64,000 nucleotides of DNA from contig CP136572.1 of NCBI GenBank assembly GCA_035193785.1, positions 4,436,578 to 4,500,577 of the forward strand. Reading direction: 5' to 3'. This stretch comes from Planktothrix sp. GU0601_MAG3. GTDB lineage: Bacteria > Cyanobacteriota > Cyanobacteriia > Cyanobacteriales > Microcoleaceae. The position numbers and the translations under genes were made by a program. Under the pieces are notes generated by a model. It did not search any database. It worked only from the letters and a program-made list of their open reading frames with translations, and had not been told where the DNA came from. Shown here in pieces: positions 50,510 to 62,008 of the stretch (position 1 is the first letter of the stretch; each line of letters starts with the position of its first letter).

Positions 50510-51935
50510 CAGGGGGTTTTCATTTTCAAAAATGCGATCGCTATATTCAAAAAAAATCATCAAATTTTCCGGCAAAATTCTCTCTAATTTTTATTAGATA
50601 ATTTGGAAATATTAAAAATAAACGATTTTAATATTTGTTAACAGCAAAAGATAGCCATTGTCTTGATTAATAAGACTTTATGGCTATTTATTATTAAATA
50701 TTTTTAATGTTTTTTGTGAAGAATAGTTTTAAAAACTTAATTAATTCAGGCGATCGCTAAAATTTTCTCCCAATTATTTCCTAACCATGACTGTCCCTCT
50801 TTTATTGAGACAAATCCCAAACTTCTGTATATATTCAAAATTAATGTTACTAATAACGAGAATTTCCCCGCTACGTCTATCCCTTTTATTCTTGATTTAT
50901 CTTCATTAAAATTTACATCTTTGACCCAATGTACTTGATTTTCAATTAACCAATGTGCTTTAATTTTTTCTGCAAATGTTTTCGCACTTAATTTCTGACT
51001 ACTAATATAATATAAAGTCTCATTATATTCTTGATCACCCCGAAAACCTGTTCTTTCTACCTGAATAAAACTTTGAAGATGAGGATAATTTTTATGGTTC
51101 ACATTTTGGCTATCAAATACTGATACTTTTCTGCTAATATTTCGTACATGACTGAAATCTTTTTCTTCATATACTGTTAAAGGTTTCTCGACTTTTACTA
51201 ATTTTTTGATCTGCTTGTGCAATTTCATTTGATTGCCTTTCACCGTAATTAAATAATCATTTTTGCTTTCAATTATTGCCTGAGTTGTTTCCTTACTACA
51301 ATGGAGAGCATCGAGAGTAAATACTTTATTTAATAACCCACATTCCTCTATCATAGAGAGAACTTTGGCGTTTTCAGAACTCTGTTTACTTTCAAAACTT
51401 TCCGATTTAATTACCAACTTTGTTTCTTGACTAAACCAAGATACCATTATTAACATATTTTGTTTTTGATTTTCATAGTTAGTCAGGGTATTTTTTAAAG
51501 ATTTTCCATCGATCGCAATCCAATCAACGCCTTCTTTTTGCCAGTAATATTTCTGGACTGTTGACTGAAACATTAACTGAATTTCTATTAGATTTATCCC
51601 AATCATTACTCGTCTAATTGTACTATAAGATGGCAATTTTTTAGCCTTAATTTCTAATAATTTAATTAGCTTATCTTCTTCATTTTTTCTAAAATTATCT
51701 ATTTGCTTATAAGTAACATTGCCAGTTAGCAGTGCCAAAATAATAATAGTCAACACCACCCATAATTCATGTCTTTTGCCACGATTTTTCCGAAAATCCT
51801 TGACTAACTTCAGTTGTTCAATTATACTGTTTAACATGACTTTTTTAAAACCAAATAAAAGTGATCTCTTTTTAATTTTACTGAAAAAAGATCACTTTTA
51901 TTTTCTTTTTTACCCCCGACTTTGAAAACACCCTG
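50510..51935 (-). mobile_element. ISAs1-family insertion sequence, 1426 bp, 10-bp TSD CTTTATTAAG
   Basis: TIRs CAGGGGGTTTTCA / TGAAAACACCCTG (12/13); TSD at 50500-50509 and 51936-51945. Confidence 0.9.
50746..51837 (-). CDS. ISAs1-family transposase
   Basis: DFR...G.RH, PSYSTIRR, IAIDGK, TLDALH, VKGNQ, HWLIENQVHWVKDV.F.ED. Confidence 0.95.
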   Translation of the reverse strand: MLNSIIEQLKLVKDFRKNRGKRHELWVVLTIIILALLTGNVTYKQIDNFRKNEEDKLIKLLEIKAKKLPSYSTIRRVMIGINLIEIQLMFQSTVQKYYWQKEGVDWIAIDGKSLKNTLTNYENQKQNMLIMVSWFSQETKLVIKSESFESKQSSENAKVLSMIEECGLLNKVFTLDALHCSKETTQAIIESKNDYLITVKGNQMKLHKQIKKLVKVEKPLTVYEEKDFSHVRNISRKVSVFDSQNVNHKNYPHLQSFIQVERTGFRGDQEYNETLYYISSQKLSAKTFAEKIKAHWLIENQVHWVKDVNFNEDKSRIKGIDVAGKFSLLVTLILNIYRSLGFVSIKEGQSWLGNNWEKILAIA

Positions 51936-51990
51936 CTTTATTAAGGGGGGCTAGGGGGGATCTTCAGGGGTTTGGGCGAGTTGATTGAGG

Positions 51991-52900
51991 TTATTTGTTA
52001 TTATCAAATATTGTGGCAGAATCCGCCCCTACAATCCAATCTAATAAAATAGGATTAACTAATTCTGGGGCTTCATCTTGGGGACAATGACCCACACCTT
52101 CTAATCTAATAAACTGTTTAACCGTTGGATATTGTTTAAATTGTTCACCGAGTTTCTATCGGTTCCCAAGGGTCATCGGTTCCCCATAATATTGTTGCCG
52201 AACAGGGTAATTTAGGCAATAAATCCTCTGGTAACGGCCCCTGAGAATAGCGAGTAAAGGCGGCAAAAACCTCCACTGCTCCTTGATCTTGGGCGGGTTT
52301 TAATAACATTTCTACCAATTCATCCGTAACGGCTTCATCCCGTTTATAGGCTTGTAATAATACGTTTTTAACGGTTTTTGGGGTTGCTAAAAGGTTAAAA
52401 AATAATTGATTAAACCAGGAATATTTTAATAACTCTTGAACAAAACTGGCGCCATAATTTCGATACCAAGGCATTTCCGATCGTTTGCGATCGTGTAATA
52501 ATCTTAAAGAACAGTTTAATAAAGCAACTTCTCGAACAATATCAGGATAATCAACAGCCGCCTGCATCGCCGCAATACAACCAATGGAATTTCCCACTAA
52601 AAACGCTTTATCCTGAACAATTTCTCGACAAAAATCAGCGATTTGTTCTCCCCAAGTTTCAAAAGTATAACCTATTTCTGGACTCGGTTTCGGTTTCGCT
52701 GACCCCCCAAACCCAATTAAATCTAAGGCAAAGACTCGACAATGTTTGGCTAATTCGGGGATATTATGACGCCAATGACCCCAAGATGCCCCAAAACCAT
52801 GAATTAAAACCACCGCCGGGCCATTATTGCCTTCGCTGACATAACAAATCGGGTATCCTTTCCAAATCCAAGTTTGCGGTACAGATGAAGTAGTTAACAT
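51991..52900 (-). CDS. Alpha/beta fold hydrolase (apparent frameshift at ~52152)
   Basis: LIHGFGAS, GNSIG, WGTDDPW, GHCPQDE. Confidence 0.9.
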
Positions 52901-52917
52901 GAGTTTAAGGGAATAGG

Positions 52918-53000
52918 GATCACGGATTTAAGAGGATTTCACGGATTTCACGGATTTTTATTTGTGTTAATCTGCGTTATCTTCTTAAATGCGTGATTGG
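52918..53000. repeat. CACGGATT-type intergenic repeat element
   Basis: same motif family as the intergenic part of the 231-bp unit. Confidence 0.6.
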
Positions 53001-53107
53001 TAATGGGTAAGGGAATTTATTTTTTAACTGTTATAATAATAGCAATAAATCATTCTATTTTCTAATTGTATGTCAAAATTAAAGGGTGTTAATTCCCCTA
53101 GATTGAA

Positions 53108-54029
53108 ATGACATCCACTCTCTCGACTACTACGACAATAGACTTTCTGGGTTTCTGAAATTGTCCCGGAATATGAAACCGCTAAGGTTGTGATTTTACC
53201 GATTCCCTATGAAGCTACAACTAGCTATAGAAAAGGCTGCGAGAACGGCCCTGATGCAATGCTGGAGGCTTCCCATCAGTTAGAATGTTATGATGAAGAA
53301 CTAGATCGGGAAGTCTGTTTTGATGCGGGGATTTTTACCCATGCTCCGATTGCAGATACTCGCCATGGAAATACCGTTTCAGATGCCGAAATGTTGCGGG
53401 TGACCCAAGAAACCCTCCAGTCTTTAATTGAACAGAAAAAGTTTGTGATTTCCATTGGGGGAGAACACAGTATTACCGAAGGAGTTGTACAGGGATATCG
53501 TCAAGTATATCAAGAATCCTTTACGGTGGTTCAAATTGATGCCCATGGGGATTTAAGACATGAATATCAGGATACTATTCATAGTCACGCCTGTGTTATG
53601 CGTCGAATTGTCAATATGGGATTACCGACGGTGCAGGTGGGAATTAGAGCCATTTGTCAGGAGGAAGCTGACTTAATTAAGGAGAAAAATTTAACGGTTT
53701 TTCGAGCAAGAGAAATGGCTTTTAATCTGGATTGGATTGAACAAGCGATCGCCAGTATTCCCACAGAAAAAGTCTTTTTAACTATTGATGTTGATGGTAT
53801 TGATCCGAGTTTAATTCCCGGGGTAGGAACTCCCGAACCGGGGGGATTAAATTGGTATTCTACCCTAACATTTTTACGTCGTTTATTTGAGTCTAAAGAT
53901 GTAATTGGGTGTGATGTGATGGAATTAGCACCAGTAGTTGATTCAGTGGTTTCTGAATTTACCGTTGCTAAATTAACCTATAAATTAATTGGCTATCAAA
54001 CCTTAGCCAAAGGATGGATTAAGGATTAA
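53108..54029 (+). CDS. speB: Agmatinase (apparent frameshift at ~53151)
   Basis: GGEHSIT, DAHGD, DVDGIDP, GTPEPGG. Confidence 0.92.
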
Positions 54030-54209
54030 ACATTAAGGCTTAATTTTGTTGAGGGTTGAGGGGAGCCGCATCGGGTGAGCTTCAGCCCAAAATCCCTAAT
54101 AATAGCAGTCGCGGGCATCACGCTTAGAACAAATACTGAGCCAGCAAACCTTATGGTAAGGTCTTTCCCCCTGTTCCGGTGTTCCCTCTTCCCTCTTCCC
54201 TACCATACC

Positions 54210-55289
54210 TTAAGCAATTGCCACCGTTGATGAATCGAACAGATAGTCCGTTTCCACCAAATCCCAAGCTTTACCATCTAATGCCATTTGTTCAATCAAA
54301 CTGGCTAGACGCAAGGCTTTTAAGGCTTGTTCTCCACCCACAGAGGGTTGATTTCCACCCCGAACACAACTGACAAAATGTTCTAATTCAGCGTGTAGGG
54401 GTTCAATATTACTGGTATGAACTTTTTGAATTAACCCATCTTGACGATAGAGAACTTGACCATAATCCGTAACATAATTAGCCGTGGTTTGTCGATGAAT
54501 TAAAATTTCATTATTGAGAAAATCGGCTTCAGTTAGGGAATTTTTGCAATGGGCAACAATAGAACGTAATTTGCGATGGGTGACTTTACTGCTAATTAAA
54601 TTGGCAATAACGCCATTAGCAAAACCGAGGGTAGCGGTCACATAATCTAAATAGCCAGAGTCCGAAGCCCGACTACCACTAGCTGTTAATTTAACCACGG
54701 GAGCCGCCACTAGATCTAACATCAAATCAATATCATGGATCATTAAATCCAAGACCACCGAAACATCATTGGCTCGGTTAGAATAGGGACTCATCCGACG
54801 GGCTTCTAAGGCTAAAACCTCCTCCGTTTTTAAAACTTTACTGAATTCTTGAAAAGCGGGATTAAACCGTTCAATATGACCCACCTGCAAAATTCGTTGA
54901 TAATCCGCCGCCGCATTTACTAATAATTCAGCCTCACCAATACTTGCGGCAATGGGTTTTTCAATTAAAACATGAACCCCAGCTTGTAAGCAGGCCATAC
55001 CCACAGGATAGTGTAACCGGGTTGGAACTGCGATACAAACGGCATCTACTAGGGATAAAAGGTCTCGATAATCCTCAAAAAACCTCACTCGGTACTTACT
55101 CGCCGTATCGAGTCCCCGTTCAACACTGAGGTCGGAAACTCCCACGAGTTCCACGTCCTTGAGCATACTCAAAACCCGGGTATGATGCTGCCCCATATTA
55201 CCCACACCGATCACACCAACTTGAATCGGGTCAAGGTAATTCCTTCCAGCCATAGCATTTGAATATCCAAGGGACATCCTGTTTTGCAC
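54210..55289 (-). CDS. Gfo/Idh/MocA family oxidoreductase
   Basis: GVGNMGQHH, LIEKP, GHIERFNP, DLMIHDID. Confidence 0.92.
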   Translation of the reverse strand: MQNRMSLGYSNAMAGRNYLDPIQVGVIGVGNMGQHHTRVLSMLKDVELVGVSDLSVERGLDTASKYRVRFFEDYRDLLSLVDAVCIAVPTRLHYPVGMACLQAGVHVLIEKPIAASIGEAELLVNAAADYQRILQVGHIERFNPAFQEFSKVLKTEEVLALEARRMSPYSNRANDVSVVLDLMIHDIDLMLDLVAAPVVKLTASGSRASDSGYLDYVTATLGFANGVIANLISSKVTHRKLRSIVAHCKNSLTEADFLNNEILIHRQTTANYVTDYGQVLYRQDGLIQKVHTSNIEPLHAELEHFVSCVRGGNQPSVGGEQALKALRLASLIEQMALDGKAWDLVETDYLFDSSTVAIA

Positions 55290-55440
55290 TCCTCTAGTCT
55301 CCTCCACCACAGAAATTAAGCCCATCGGCTGTCCATCAGCAGTGTAAATCCATCCAGATACTATCACAGCCTTGGATTTTGTAAAGAAATTTTAATTAGG
55401 TGTTGGCACTTAACAGGTAACAGGTAATACCAAAAGTTTA

Positions 55441-55570
55441 CCTTCCCTACCTCCCCCGCTCCTCCTACCTCCCCTGCCCCCCTACCTCCCCTGCTCCCCC
55501 TGCTCCCCCTACCTCCCCTCCCTCCCCTGCTCCCCCTGCCCCCCTGCTCCCCTACTCCCCCTCCCTCTCT
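55441..55570. repeat. Pyrimidine-rich short tandem repeat tract (CTACCTCCC/CTGCTCCCC)n
   Basis: read directly; G-run-rich on the minus strand. Confidence 0.85.
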
Positions 55571-55787
55571 AGTATTTTCTTTACTTATTGTTACAAAAAG
55601 AGATTATTCTCAGAATGGTATTTACTAAAGATCCAGTTCATTTTATAATTCCTTTAGCTTTAATCCAAAATTAATACCTAACCCGTCCTTAATTGACCCA
55701 AAGGTTAGGGAGATTTCAGCAATGAAATTAATAACAGGGTTAAGTATAAATCATGAATTCACCCTGTAAAAAAACTAGGTATTTATC

Positions 55788-56273
55788 ATGACAGTTAGCT
55801 CATCTACACCCAAAGAGGGAAGTTCCCGAAAGCGAACCAGTGGAACAGCCAACTCAAATCAAGATAATAAAACTGAAGCTGAACAGCTTAAAGTAGATCC
55901 TGTTAAAAACGAACCAACTCCAGATATGAGCCAAGAAACTAAGTTAGATATTGTGGACAAACCTGCAAAAAAAGGCTCTGAAGCCAATACTGCACCCACT
56001 CAAATTCAAGTGGCTTCGATGGCGACATTTATGAATCGTCCAATTGAACATAGCCATCTTGAAATTTCAGGAATGCTATCAGCAAGACGTCCTATTTTTA
56101 AAGCGAGTAGTGCTAGTAATGTAGCCTTTATTCATTTAGAAGATGCGGTGGGAGCTTTAGCAAATCGCCCCATTGAAGTTAGTCATTTGCAAATTACCTC
56201 CATGGTAATGAATCGTCCGATTGCTACCAATGATGTTGATGATCCAATCACTTTAATGGGATTTCTGGATTAA
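55788..56273 (+). CDS. Hypothetical protein with repeated (N/R)RPI motifs
   Basis: 161-aa ORF; disordered N-terminal half; four xRPI repeats. Confidence 0.7.
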   Translation: MTVSSSTPKEGSSRKRTSGTANSNQDNKTEAEQLKVDPVKNEPTPDMSQETKLDIVDKPAKKGSEANTAPTQIQVASMATFMNRPIEHSHLEISGMLSARRPIFKASSASNVAFIHLEDAVGALANRPIEVSHLQITSMVMNRPIATNDVDDPITLMGFLD

Positions 56274-56398
56274 ACACCAAATTGAATTATTTTTCATGGA
56301 AATCGGGTTTCCGAACCAAGGCTTATGTTTTTATTCATAAGTTAGATAGGGGAAATCCGATTTATTTTGTCAGGAAAGTGAAGCGCTAGGGAACAGGG

Positions 56399-56541
56399 CA
56401 GGGCTGTTTCATTCTTTGTAGGGGCAATCCCCCCGTGGTTGCCCCAATCCCTGAAACGCCTGCAAATCTTGGATGGGGAGGGTAGGCACGGGGGCACTAC
56501 CCCTACAAAACCCTGGTTTCCCTGAGAATGAAACAGCCCTG
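56399..56541. mobile_element. 143-bp MITE, 17-bp perfect TIR CAGGGCTGTTTCATTCT, 10-bp TSD GGGAACAGGG
   Basis: TIRs at 56399-56415 and 56525-56541; TSD at 56389-56398 and 56542-56551. Confidence 0.88.
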
Positions 56542-56728
56542 GGGAACAGGGAACAGGGAACAGGCAACAGTAGGTTATGAATAGGTTACAAGGTTTAGTA
56601 TTGTTCTAACCTTAATTGGTAGCGCTATAACTGTAGGTTGGGCAGGTTTAGAAAGGTTATTGGTGGGAAGCATAGATTTTTACTGAACCTGCCCCTACAG
56701 ACCATTGTAGATTGGTTTAGGTAGGTTT

Positions 56729-57611
56729 TTAAAGTAAAAATCCACCAATCATTCCCCCTAATAAAATAAAACCAATTCCCACATTATTCTGAAAGATTTT
56801 AGCATAAATAGGTTTAGGAAGATCGGGATTTAGTAGTTGAACATATTGCCTAGACCAGAGTATAATAGAAAGGATTAGAGTCAACCAATATTCCCAATTT
56901 AATTGAAGATTCCAGCCTAAAATTCCCAATAATATTCCCGTCCCTAAAAACAAAATTCCCACGGCATTCGCCGATTGATCTCCGAAAAAAATAGCACTGG
57001 AATTGATACCTAACCGTTGATCATCTTCCCGATCGCTCATGGCATAAACCGTATCAAATCCCAACGTCCATAATACCGTGGCTCCCCATAAAAACCAAGT
57101 AGAGGTCTGTAAAGTTCCCACCGCCGCCGTCCAACTAATTAAAACAGCAAATCCCCAGGCAATTGATAATACTAATTGGGGCACAGGAAAGACTCGTTTT
57201 GCTAAAGGATAACCAATAATTACTGGAAACTGCGGCCACAGACAAGCCAAAACTCAAGGGGTTTAAATAAACCGCCAGTCCCGCCGCACAAGCAAAGGAA
57301 ATCACCGCAATCACAATCGCCGTTTTTACCGTTAACGCCCGGGAAGCCAAGGGACGGGTGCGGGTGCGTTCCACTTCCGGGTCAATATCCCTATCCCATA
57401 AATCATTCACCACACAGCCCGCCGCGCTGGTGGCCAAGGTTCCAAAGACAATAATTAAAATTAGACTTAGGGGCGGTGTGCCATGGGTAGCCAGAAAAAT
57501 TGCCCACAGTGCCGGAATCATCAAAATCAGACGTCCGGCGGGTTTATCCCATCGCAACAGCCGAATAATCGTTTGCCAAGTGGGTTCGGGGGGATTAGAT
57601 TGGGTGAGCAT
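56729..57611 (-). CDS. ubiA: 4-hydroxybenzoate solanesyltransferase (UbiA family; apparent frameshift at ~57226)
   Basis: LRWDKPAG, NDLWDRDID, RT..RPL, YPLAKR, DTVYAMSD.EDD. Confidence 0.93.
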
Positions 57612-57714
57612 GGGAGGTTGGATCAAAAAAATTGAATTGAATCTTCACAATATTTTTTAACATAGATCCGCCCTCGGTTTAAAATTAAAAGCAGTAGCTT
57701 CTTAGAGACTAATC

Positions 57715-59359
57715 ATGGTCACATCAATGCCTTTGGTGAAAGGATATGAACCCGCAGACGACCGAGATCGAATCCTAGCCGCCATTGATTTAGGCACGAA
57801 TTCTTTACACATGGTTGTGGTGAAAATTCAACCCCAACTGCCGACATTTACGATTATTGCCCGGGAAAAAGAAACTATTCGTTTGGGGGATTGTGAGGAA
57901 AAAGGCAATCTCAAACCGGAGGGAATGGAACGGGCCATTACTTGTTTAAAACGGTTTCAAGGTATTGCTAAAACCTTTAACGCCGAACAAATTGTGGCGG
58001 TGGCCACCAGTGCCATTAGGGAAGCACCCAATGGCCGAGAATTTATTCGCCGAGTCGCCGATGAACTGAACTTAGAAATTAGTTTAATTTCCGGTCAAGA
58101 AGAAGCCCGACGCATCTATTTAGGGGTGCTGTCGGCGATGGAATTAAATAATCAACCCCATATTATTATTGATATTGGCGGGGGGTCTACGGAATTAATT
58201 TTAGGAGATGGTTGGGAACCTCGATTTTTAAGTAGTACCAAAGTTGGTGCTGTTCGATTAACTAAGGATTTTGTCCATAGTGATCCGATTGGTCGCACGG
58301 AATTTTTATATTTACAGGCTTATATTCGCGGCACATTAGAACGGGTTGTGGATGAATTATCTTCCCATTTACAACCGGGTGAAATGCCTCGTTTAGTTGG
58401 AACTTCTGGAACGATTGAAACTTTAGTAGGAATTAAAGCCAGAGAAAAATCAGGCATAGACCCGACTCGTTTAGGTGGCTGTGAATTAACTTTAGAAGAA
58501 TTACAAGAATTTGTCAATCGTATTCGCAAATTGTCCTATGCAGAAACGATTACAAATTCCAGGTATGGCTGACCGTCGGGCGGAAATTATTGTCGCCGGA
58601 GCTTTGATTTTACAAGAAGCTATGACCTTGTTAAATATTCCGTCTTTAAAGGTCTGTGAACGGAGTCTGAGGGAAGGGGTAGTAGTAGACTGGATGTTAA
58701 CCCATGGGTTAATTGATGATCGTTTACATTATGGCAGTTCGGTTCGAGAAAGAAGTGTTTTAACTATTGCTCAGAAATATCGAGTTGATTTAGAACATGG
58801 TCAACGGGTTGCGACTTTTGCTTTAAGTTTATTTGATCAGACTAAGGGATTATTACATAATTGGGGATTAGCCGAACGGGAGTTATTATGGGCGGCGAGT
58901 ATTCTGCATAATTGTGGATTATATATTAGTCATTCAGCCCACCATAAACATTCCTATTATTTAATTCGTTATGGGGAGTTATTGGGATTTACGGAAACCG
59001 AAATTGATGCGATCGCAAATTTAGCCCGATACCACCGTAAGAGTAGTGCGAAAAAGAAACATGAATCCTATCAAAATCTGCCCCGCAGGTTTCGACAAGT
59101 TATTGATCAATTGCATCCTTTATTAAGGTTGTCCGTCGCCTTAGACCGACGCATGATTGGGGCAATTTCTCAAGTTGTTTGTGAATATAAACCCATCACC
59201 CGAGAGTTTGACTTGAATTTAAAGCCGAACCATGCTAATGATGATTGTGCTTTAGAATTATGGAGCTTGAACTTAAAAAAAGAAGCCTTTGAAATTAACT
59301 ATGGATTAAAGTTGGTGGCTAAATTGGAACCTAAACACAATTCAAATCCTCTCGATTAG
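57715..59359 (+). CDS. ppx: Ppx/GppA exopolyphosphatase (apparent frameshift at ~58543)
   Basis: IDLGTNS, ATSAIREA, DIGGGSTE, LREG, HHKHSYY. Confidence 0.93.
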
Positions 59360-59454
59360 ACTCCGATAAATTCCAATCAAAAAGGATTTTAAGGATCTAA
59401 TTATTAATATTTGCTATAGGATTTTGTGAGAGTATAGCCCTACGCATTACAGTT

Positions 59455-59558
59455 GTAGAGACGCGCCATTGGTACGTCTCTACTAAATCCAGAGACGCGC
59501 CATGGTACGTCTATACTAAATCCAGAGACGCGCCATGGCACGTCTCTACTAAATCCAG
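59455..59558. repeat. Three tandem ~33-bp REP-like palindromes (AGAGACGCGCCATGG.ACGTCTCTAC)
   Basis: read directly; a single related copy at ~35449-35476. Confidence 0.8.
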
Positions 59559-59592
59559 CAAACTCATGCCCGATTCCCTAGCTCTATAAAAT

Positions 59593-61840
59593 CTAAAATT
59601 GGCCTACTTTCATTCCTTGAATTTTGGGTTTTTTGTCAAAAAGAAATCGGGGTCTAACTAAAGCTTTTAATACCAAAAAAAGCGATTGCAATTCCCCAGG
59701 AGCTTTTTGACTTTTCCATTGACCCGGACGACAAAACAGCAATTCTACTAATTGACGATATTCAGATAAACTCACTGCTTCAAATTCCACCTGAATTGTT
59801 AATTTTTCTCCTTGATATTCACAGGTTTTGATATGTCCCTGTAATCTTAAATTTTCCTCAATACAATTTAATTTAACCCTTTCCTGGGGTTTAAAAATCA
59901 GAGGATATTCAGGAGTAATATTAATTTCTGCACCTGCTTCTGAGAGCTTGGTGGTAATTCCCCAGACGGTTTGATTTTGCATCTCAATTTTTACCACTCG
60001 ACGCAATTCAAACCAATCATAATTATCAGCTTTGGGTGCATCAATAACCATGAAAATTGATAGGGTAATAATAATTAAATTATAAGTACCCCAAATTACT
60101 CCTAAACTGATTCTGGTTTCCGTGCCCATATTCTCTAATTCTAGTGTGCCCCCGATTAAGAGTTTAACTATTGCTGAAGCCGTTAATATCCAGAATACAA
60201 TCAATGGGAAAGCTAACTGTTTATGCAAAATAAAGCGATTTTGTTTGATACCTTTTGGCGTGACATTAAAACCTTTACCAAAAGGATTCAATAGGGTTTT
60301 AAATACCATCAAACACAAATGAAAGCAATGTTGCAGTGAGCAAATTTCATTCAAGAAAAATGAACGACTTCGATAGTTTAACCAGGAAAAAACCATTAAT
60401 TGCAATAGGTATGTTGGAGCAAAGAAATATAACCATTCATTCAAAGATGCTTGAATCGGAAGGAGATTAAAGAAAGCATAAATCAATGGTATTGTCAATA
60501 AATAAATTCTGAATCCAAACATAAACCAATGGACTAACCCTTCTAAATGAGCTAACCTTTGTAAAAAACTTAACCCGGGAATTGTTAAAGGATTAGACTC
60601 AATAAAAAAGGCTTGTAATGTTCCCTGTCCCCATCTTTCCCGTTGGGTTAAATGAGAATTAATATTTTCTGCGGCTAAACCCGCACTTAATTTTTCATTC
60701 AAATAAACTAAACGATAGCCATAAGCAGATAGACGAATTCCGGTAAAATAATCTTCACAAATAGACTCGGTAACAAACCCCCCAATCTGTTTCTAACGCA
60801 CTGCGGCGCACCACAAAAGAAGTCCCAGCACAAACCAGACTTCCGACGGAATCTTTAATTAATTCTAATTGACGATAAAATTGTTCTTCATCGGGAAGCA
60901 AATAGTTTTCTAAGCCTAAATTTCGGGCGATGGGGTCAAAATTATAATAACTTTGGGGCGTTTGGACTAAAGCAATTTGAGGGTCTCGGAAAAAACCTAA
61001 AGTGCGAGTGAGAAAGTTTTTAGTCGGAATAAAATCCGCATCAAAAACCACAATTAGTTCCCCTTTGGTTTTGACTAAACCATGGTTCAAATTGCCGCCT
61101 TTTGCATGAAGATTATCCACCCGAGCAATATATTCACAGCCTAAAATTTCGGCTAATTTTTTAATTTCGGGGCGACAAGTATCATCTAGGAGATAAATAG
61201 TTTTATGGGGATAATCTAACGCCTGACAACCGATAATTGTGCGTTTGATAATAAATTCCGGTTCGTCATAACTGGGAATCAAAATATCAACGGTTGGGGT
61301 AAACGTTTTATCTAAAATCACCTGGGACATTCGATGGGATTCCATAGCCCTATCTTTGATTCTCAGGGATAAATAGAGTTGTAAACAGCTAACCGAAAAA
61401 ATCATTAATTCCACTAAAAATAAACTTAAACTCAAAATCCCCGGGACGGGATGGGTTAAATTCAAGGTAGAAACAGCACGCCATAATAAATATCTAATGA
61501 CAATGGCTAAATTCATCCCAACAATTAAAGCTCTTGTCCCCGTTTGAGGTTGAGGAGATAATTTAATAATTATTCCTGCAATTATCACAAAAATTAAGGT
61601 CGGTAGAAATAAATATTCAGGCGAAATTTCAGGAACTTCAGACAACCAATGGGGGTGATTTTGCCATTGACACAGAGTATTAAAAAATTCTGTGATATTG
61701 GGTTCACCCCTTAACCAACCGATAGTAATAAGACTAATAAATGTGATGAGTCCCAAAAATACTAAGGTTGCAGTTTGAGGGAGGGTATATCCCCAAAAAA
61801 CTAATCGTTTCGGGGGTTTACGACTTAACCTTAACGTCAT
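59593..61840 (-). CDS. bcsA: Cellulose synthase catalytic subunit-like GT2 with C-terminal PilZ-like domain (apparent frameshift at ~60789)
   Basis: LLDD, AKGGNLN, FDADF, VQTPQ, CED, QRERW, F.VTPK. Confidence 0.85.
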
Positions 61841-62008
61841 AATCTGGAAACTCCTGTTAAAATCCGCCTGCTCTGGATTGAGTCGGGGGTCATCCCTAAA
61901 TTGCAAAAGGAATCCTTTACATTATTTAACATTTTTTCATAAAATGAAAGGATTCTGCTCTCCTTTTTGGGAATAATTTTGGTTTTCCAGTAGAAAATAA
62001 GGTCTAAC

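Noticed and set aside
48565..52000. Complete DGR cassette
   Set aside because: No reverse transcriptase, avd or template repeat in the window; only a VR-like segment.
54061..54186. 6S RNA, 5S rRNA or tRNA assignment
   Set aside because: No diagnostic motif that I can recognise; kept only as an unassigned candidate.
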